Positions 58,501-64,000 of a stretch of DNA of 64,000 bases are shown here, piece by piece (the first letter of the stretch is position 1; the number at the start of each line of letters is the position of its first letter). This DNA is from Heteronotia binoei. Lineage: Eukaryota. The stretch lies in NCBI RefSeq assembly GCF_032191835.1, contig NC_083240.1, positions 26,908,001-26,972,000 of the forward strand. Reading direction: 5' to 3'. The notes beneath the pieces were generated by a model. That model was given only the letters and a program-made list of their open reading frames with translations, did no database searches and had not been told where the DNA came from. The translations under genes and the position numbers were made by a program.

Positions 58501-61500
58501 TGACCAAGATACTTGAGGGTTCCCTTCTGCCCTTGTGAATTTACCCGTCCACTCAGGTCATCTTCTGAGGGCCTGCTGTGGTGCCCCCACCTTCTAAGAT
58601 CAGGCAGGTGACAACCCAGGACAGGGCCTTTTCGGTTATGGCCCCAACACTCTGGAACTCTCCCCTCAGGAGAGTTCTGGCCTCTTTTGTGGCTATCTTC
58701 CACCAGTGGGTGAAGACTTGGCATTTTGTCAGTGATCCCTACCTAATGTTTTGTTGTTTTATCTTTGCTGTTATTTTAGCTTTGGTCTTCATTGTTTTTG
58801 TTGGTTTTAGTGGTTTTTAAGAGGCAGCTTTGTTATGCATGTTTTTTAATGTCTCAGCTGCCTTTGTGGCTTTTATGACGGCAGAAAGGCAGAGTATAAA
58901 TTTTCTTCAGTACAGTTGCACTCAAAGGAAAGTTGAGAAGCCATTAACTCCTATGGACACCACCGCCTGGTGGTGTTTCCTGACAAGTCTCCAGGACCCC
59001 AGACAGCTAGTGTGGTGCAGAGGTGATGATGTCAGACTAAATTCTATGGGACCCAGGTTCGAATTTCCATTCTGCATTGGAAGCTTGCTGGGTGGACCAG
59101 TCACGCGGGTTGATTTGGAGGATATCTCAGTAAACGGGTTTTCCGTTGCCTGTAAATTGCGGCCAAAATCAGGCGTGCAGGTAGTTTTGATACCCGGAAT
59201 CTTGCGCAGCGAGGCGGGCCATGACCCTTTTAGAAGCTTAATTCTGGAAGCCGTCCTGCATGTCAAAATCTCATTTGCTCTCATTAAGGACTGTAATAAG
59301 ACGACAGTGAAAACAGCGCCGGCTAATTTGATCAGTGTCCATAGTTTCTCGTTTCTGAAGCAGTAAAGGTAACGAGACTCTTCCCCCTCCCCCCACAAAG
59401 GCTGCTGGGTGAGTTCCGAGACTGGGGCCTTCCTTCCTTGTGCCTGACTAATTTCTGCGAGCTGCTGTTAATAATTACTAATGTATTTAAGGACAATGGG
59501 GTGGGTGATTGATGGTACAGGACAGACGGATGACGTAAAACCGAGCCTGAGAGTTCTGGCATCTGAGGGCAGACCTGCGTATCGTAGTGGAAAGTGCACA
59601 CACAGAAGTGTAGCAGGGAAACGTGTTCTAAGTACCAGGTATTTGTATTTAGCTGAGTAGGCAGTGGGATGGCTGAGAAAGGGTAGGAAGTGGATTGAAG
59701 GGTTTTGTGTGGGAGACAACATCACAAGAGCTCTGGATCAGACCAGCGGTCTGCCTAGTTCAGCATCCTGTTTCAGACAGTAGCCAACCAGTTCCTCTGG
59801 ATGGCCAACAACAGGGCAGAGAGGCTAAGGCGTTCTCCTGATGTTTCCTTCTGGCGCTGGGATGCAGAGGTTAACTGCTCAGTCTCTGGAGACTCAAAGC
59901 AGGGGTAACCTTTTTTGAGGAGTGAGGAGAAAGGAGGAGTTAACCCCATCCCGTTTTACTCCATAAGATAAGTTCTTCCACAATACCCATGTTGGGGAGA
60001 GAATGTGCCCTTCTTTCAATTTTTATACAGAGCAACTGTGGTGTAGACATTAGAGTGTCAAACTAAGATTTTTTTTGTGTTAGGGGGTCCTTACTTTCCC
60101 ATGGATGCTCTCTGTGACCTTGGGCTTCCAATCTCTCTGTCTTACCTGCCTCACAGGGTTGTTGTGAGGGTAAAATGGGAAAGGGAGAGATACGGATGCC
60201 GCTAGAAGCTCCTTGGAGGCAGACCAGGGAGGAAAAGGATCGATCCAGGAAGGTGGGGGGTGTGTGTGTAAAAAGGGCTGGTTAGTAAAGATAGATGGAA
60301 GCTGAAAATATCGGTAATCAATATGTAAAACATTTGGGTTTTGACTTGTGCTTTGTAAATCTGTGAGTGCTTTTTGCTGTCTGGACATTAGGCCTGATTT
60401 GCTCCCCTGTCTTTTTTAATTAATATGTTTTATGGGGCACCTTAACAGGTTTTTGTAACCCTCTTGGTAAAAGCAGCGTGTGCCTTCAGAAGGCTTTTTC
60501 ATTGCACAGCTCTTCAGCCTGCAGAAGGTCCCTTTCAGTCCTCTTTTCGAATTGGACTGAAATTCTTAGCTGTAGCCTTCCAGCAGCAGGCCTGAAATCA
60601 GAACGCAGTTTTGTGCTTCGAGTATCAAAACAGGTCGTACAGCAGTTTTTCTTAACTGGGTGATTTTGCCTTGTGTAGGGTGACTGGCAGGTGCCAAGAC
60701 TGGTCCACTGCAGGGGTTTCATGGAGGGTAAGGTTGACACGGCACCGTCTCTTTCTCAACCAGGACCCCTGTTTTGGGTGGCGTGGGTGTGTGCTGTCGC
60801 CCTGGAGGAGAGGGATGTTTCTGACTTCATTTTTCATGGTGCAGAGGGCACATGAACACAAGAAGTTGCTTTATTCTGAGTCAGACCTTTTGGTCCCTCA
60901 AATTCAGTACTGTCTACTTACATATGAACATATGAAGCTGCCTTATACTGAATCAGACCTTTGGTCCATCAAAGTCAGTATTGTCTTCTCAGACTGGCAG
61001 CGGCTCTCCAGGGTCTCAAGCTGAGGTTTTTCACACCTGTTTGCCTGGACCCTTTTCTGGAGATGCCAGGGATTGAACCCTGGACCTTCTGCTTCCCAAG
61101 CAGATGCTCTACCACTGAGCCACCGTCCCTCCCCTAAAAACCCCTACTTGGACCGGCAATGGCTCTCCATGGTCTCTGGCAGAGAGAGGTCTGTCACATT
61201 TATTTATTTTAGTATATTTCTATTCCGTCCGTTCCCCGTAGGGCTCAAGGCGGAGTACAACATATGATAAAACAATAAAATACAATAAAAACATTCTATA
61301 AACAAACAACAGCACTCTGATTACCATGTCATCACATATTGCCCAGCCTAGTCATCTCACATCATGATATCTCATAGCGATGGCAGTTTTTTATTCCATT
61401 TCCTAGCACAGATGACAGTGCTGGCCGGGGAGGCCAACCTGATCAAGAATAGACGCCCGCAGCCTCAGCTAAAAGCCTGGCGGAACAGCTCCATTTTACA

Positions 61501-64000
61501 GGCCCTACGGAAGGCTAATAAGCCAGATAGGGCCCAGATTTCAACAGGGAGCTGATTCCGCCAGGTCGGGGCCAGGACTGAAAAAGCCCTGGCCCTCGTT
61601 GAGGCGAGGCGGGCATCTCTTGGGCCGGGGACAGCCAACAGATGTTGGGAGGCCGAACGTAACGACCTCCTGGGCATATATGGAAGGAGATGGTCCTGCA
61701 GATATGTTGGTCCCAGACTGCGTAAGGCTTGTTGCCTGATCCTTTGAACTGGAGGTGCCAGGGATTGAACCTGGGACCTTCTGCGTGCCAAGCAGATGCT
61801 CTGCCACAGAATGCAGTGAGCTTCAGACCCACATAATAATATAAAAGAGAGAGAGAGAGACATAAAACAAATGAAGACTCATCCACATTTGGAGGAATTT
61901 CTCACTCTTCTGCAGCTGCCCATTTTGCCCCTGGAGGTGGTGGTGTCAGTTAGACTTCATTAGAGACTCTGCTGCCATCTTCAGGGATGAAATGGGCATT
62001 CATGAAGGACAGGGCCTTCTTTGTTGTGGTGCCTCAGTTGCTGAATGCGCTCGCAGTACCTAGGTACTTAATCATTTGACGTTTCAGTGCCATGTTAAAA
62101 CCTGGCTTCTTTGGGCTCTTCATTAGTTTACAGTTCTGTTACTTACACAGTTTCAATTTATTACGTTTGTCTTTGTCTGTATTGGCCCTGTTTGCATTAC
62201 TTCTTTGGATGTTTGGATAAATTCTTCTAATATACAAGTAGAAAAGATATCTAACAAGAGTCCAACAGAGATATCGTATAAATGTGTACAAGGATTTATC
62301 CTGATGTTTTTTTTTAAAAAAAATCTTTCTAGGCTGTCATCTGATTTTACTGTTTGTTAGACTGCAAATTGTTTTATCGACGACTTTTTATGGTGAATGT
62401 GTATGTTTTGTGTTGTTAACTGCCCTGAGCCTGCTTCGGCAGGATGGATAGGATATAAAGAAGAAGAAGAATTGCAGATTTATATCCCGCCCTTCTCCAT
62501 GAATCAGAGACTCAGAGCGGCTTACAATCTCCTATGTCTTCTCCCCTCACAACAGACACCCTGTGAGGTGGGTGGGGCTGGAGAGGGCTCTCACAGCAGC
62601 TGCCCTTTCAAGGACAACCTCTGCCAGAGCTATGGCTGACCCAAGGCCATTCCAGCAGGTGCAAGTGGAGGAGTGGGGAATCAAACCTGGTTCTCCCAGA
62701 TAAGAGTCCGCACACTTAACCACTACACCAAACTGGCTCTCCCAGTATCATATTAAACTAAATTAAGCTGTATGTTAATGAGGGTTGGAAACTGGTTTGG
62801 TGTACAGTGTTTATGTTTATTAAATACCTTCGTTCCTGACTAGCTTATCAAGGCAAACCACCAGGCTTTCTTGGGCAAAGTTGGGAAACGAGGACTCTCT
62901 TTGGTAGCTCACCGAAGAAAGGATTAGCTAGCTGACCCTGCTCTCTGTTGGGTCTTCAGCACCGTCTATATAGATGGCTGAAGGGGGGTATTGCAACAGC
63001 AACTGGTTCTGTAAGGGTGATGTGACGGAAGATGATGATACTGGATTTATATCCCGCCTTATACTCTGAATTTCAGAGTCTCAGAGTGGTCACAATACCT
63101 CCCCCCCTCCCCGCCACAACAGACACCCTGTGAGGTGGATGGGGCTAAGAGAGCTCTTACAGCAGCTGCCCTTTCACAAGGGCAACTTCCATGAGAGCTA
63201 TGGCTGATCCAAGACCATTCCAGCAGCTGCAAGTGGAGGAGTGGGGAATCAAACCTGGTTCTCCCAGATAAGAGTCCACGCACTTAACCACTACACCAAA
63301 CTGGCCGGTAGGGTTCGATGGGGCCTTTGCGAGCAGCTGACTCTAGCCTAGTTCGTCCTTCTGATTGCTTGCCCTGTTTGCCTCCTTCCTGACCCCATCT
63401 CTCTACTGCAGTCTTGCCATTTTGTAATCGAAAAAGCAAATAATTTTCAAACTATAGGACTCTCTGGCCCTACCGGGCCCCATTAGCAGAGCATGCAAGA
63501 TTTGTTAGAATTTTCAGCATGCAGCTTTTTACAGTGCGTAGAAAGCTCTGTGATCTCTGGTGTGTTCCCGCTGCAAAATTTTCAAGATGCCTACCGGAGA
63601 TATATGCGGGGCATCTGCCATGCTAACAATTTGGAGGAGGCAGAATGAGAGGAAAGGGATTATTCTGAGGTTGATGGAGCTTCCAGCTAAGACTTGGATG
63701 TGCTGAATGTACTCTGGCAAAGGCCCCTTACTGATTTTTCACTTTAGCTTTAAAGGAATGATGTTGTTTTTTTTCCTTCCTGCCCCACTTTCTGTTGTCC
63801 CTACCTGACATGTGAAGGGAAAAAAGCACAAAGTCAAAAGGTATATCTAGTTCAGCATCCTGTTCCCAACACTGTCCAGCTGTATTCTCTCCCTGAATGC
63901 CTAGAAGTTGGACATGGAGGCCAAGGCCTCCCTCTGTCATCAACCCACCAGGGTTATTGGGAGGTATACTGCCTCTGAACATGGCAGTTCCTCAAAGCCG

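Noticed and set aside
55501-64000. AP2B1 coding exons
   Set aside because: No MTDSKYF-like start exon or adaptin sequence was found; coding exons presumably lie beyond the window.
1-64000. CRISPR arrays or prokaryotic defence/mobile systems
   Set aside because: The window is spliced vertebrate DNA; all repeats are explained by SINEs, LINEs, MITEs or short tandem duplications.

Overview
Vertebrate (squamate reptile, probably gecko judging from the SINE repertoire) genomic DNA syntenic with human 17q12. Order: last exon of UNC45B (+); a full-length group-III Schlafen gene 'SLFN-A' (-, 4 coding exons, ~938 aa); a BTB-BACK-Kelch gene with no counterpart in the human locus as I recall it (+, 4 coding exons, ~619 aa); a second full-length Schlafen 'SLFN-B' (-, 974 aa); a CpG-island promoter of a putative non-coding snoRNA host gene (+) carrying box C/D snoRNA SNORD7 (U6 Am47 guide); PEX12 (-, 360 aa); and a bidirectional ETS-rich CpG island leading into the presumed non-coding first exon and intron 1 of AP2B1 (+, named from synteny only). 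Intergenic and intronic DNA is dense in CR1, L2, BovB, RTE-X, L1/Tx1 and Penelope fragments, tRNA/5S-derived SINEs and hAT-type MITEs. Highlights: a CUL3-adaptor-type Kelch gene wedged between two Schlafens, head-to-head with an ISRE-bearing promoter; opposite remodelling of the two Schlafen RNase domains (loss of three Zn-finger cysteines plus D->N in SLFN-A, tandem duplication of the catalytic strand in SLFN-B); a shared 55-aa Lys/Glu-rich N-terminal segment; a duplicated splice donor in the Kelch gene; and a Penelope-type minimal hammerhead ribozyme inside a palindrome. Exon junctions were read by eye and human reference residues are quoted from memory; no searches were run.
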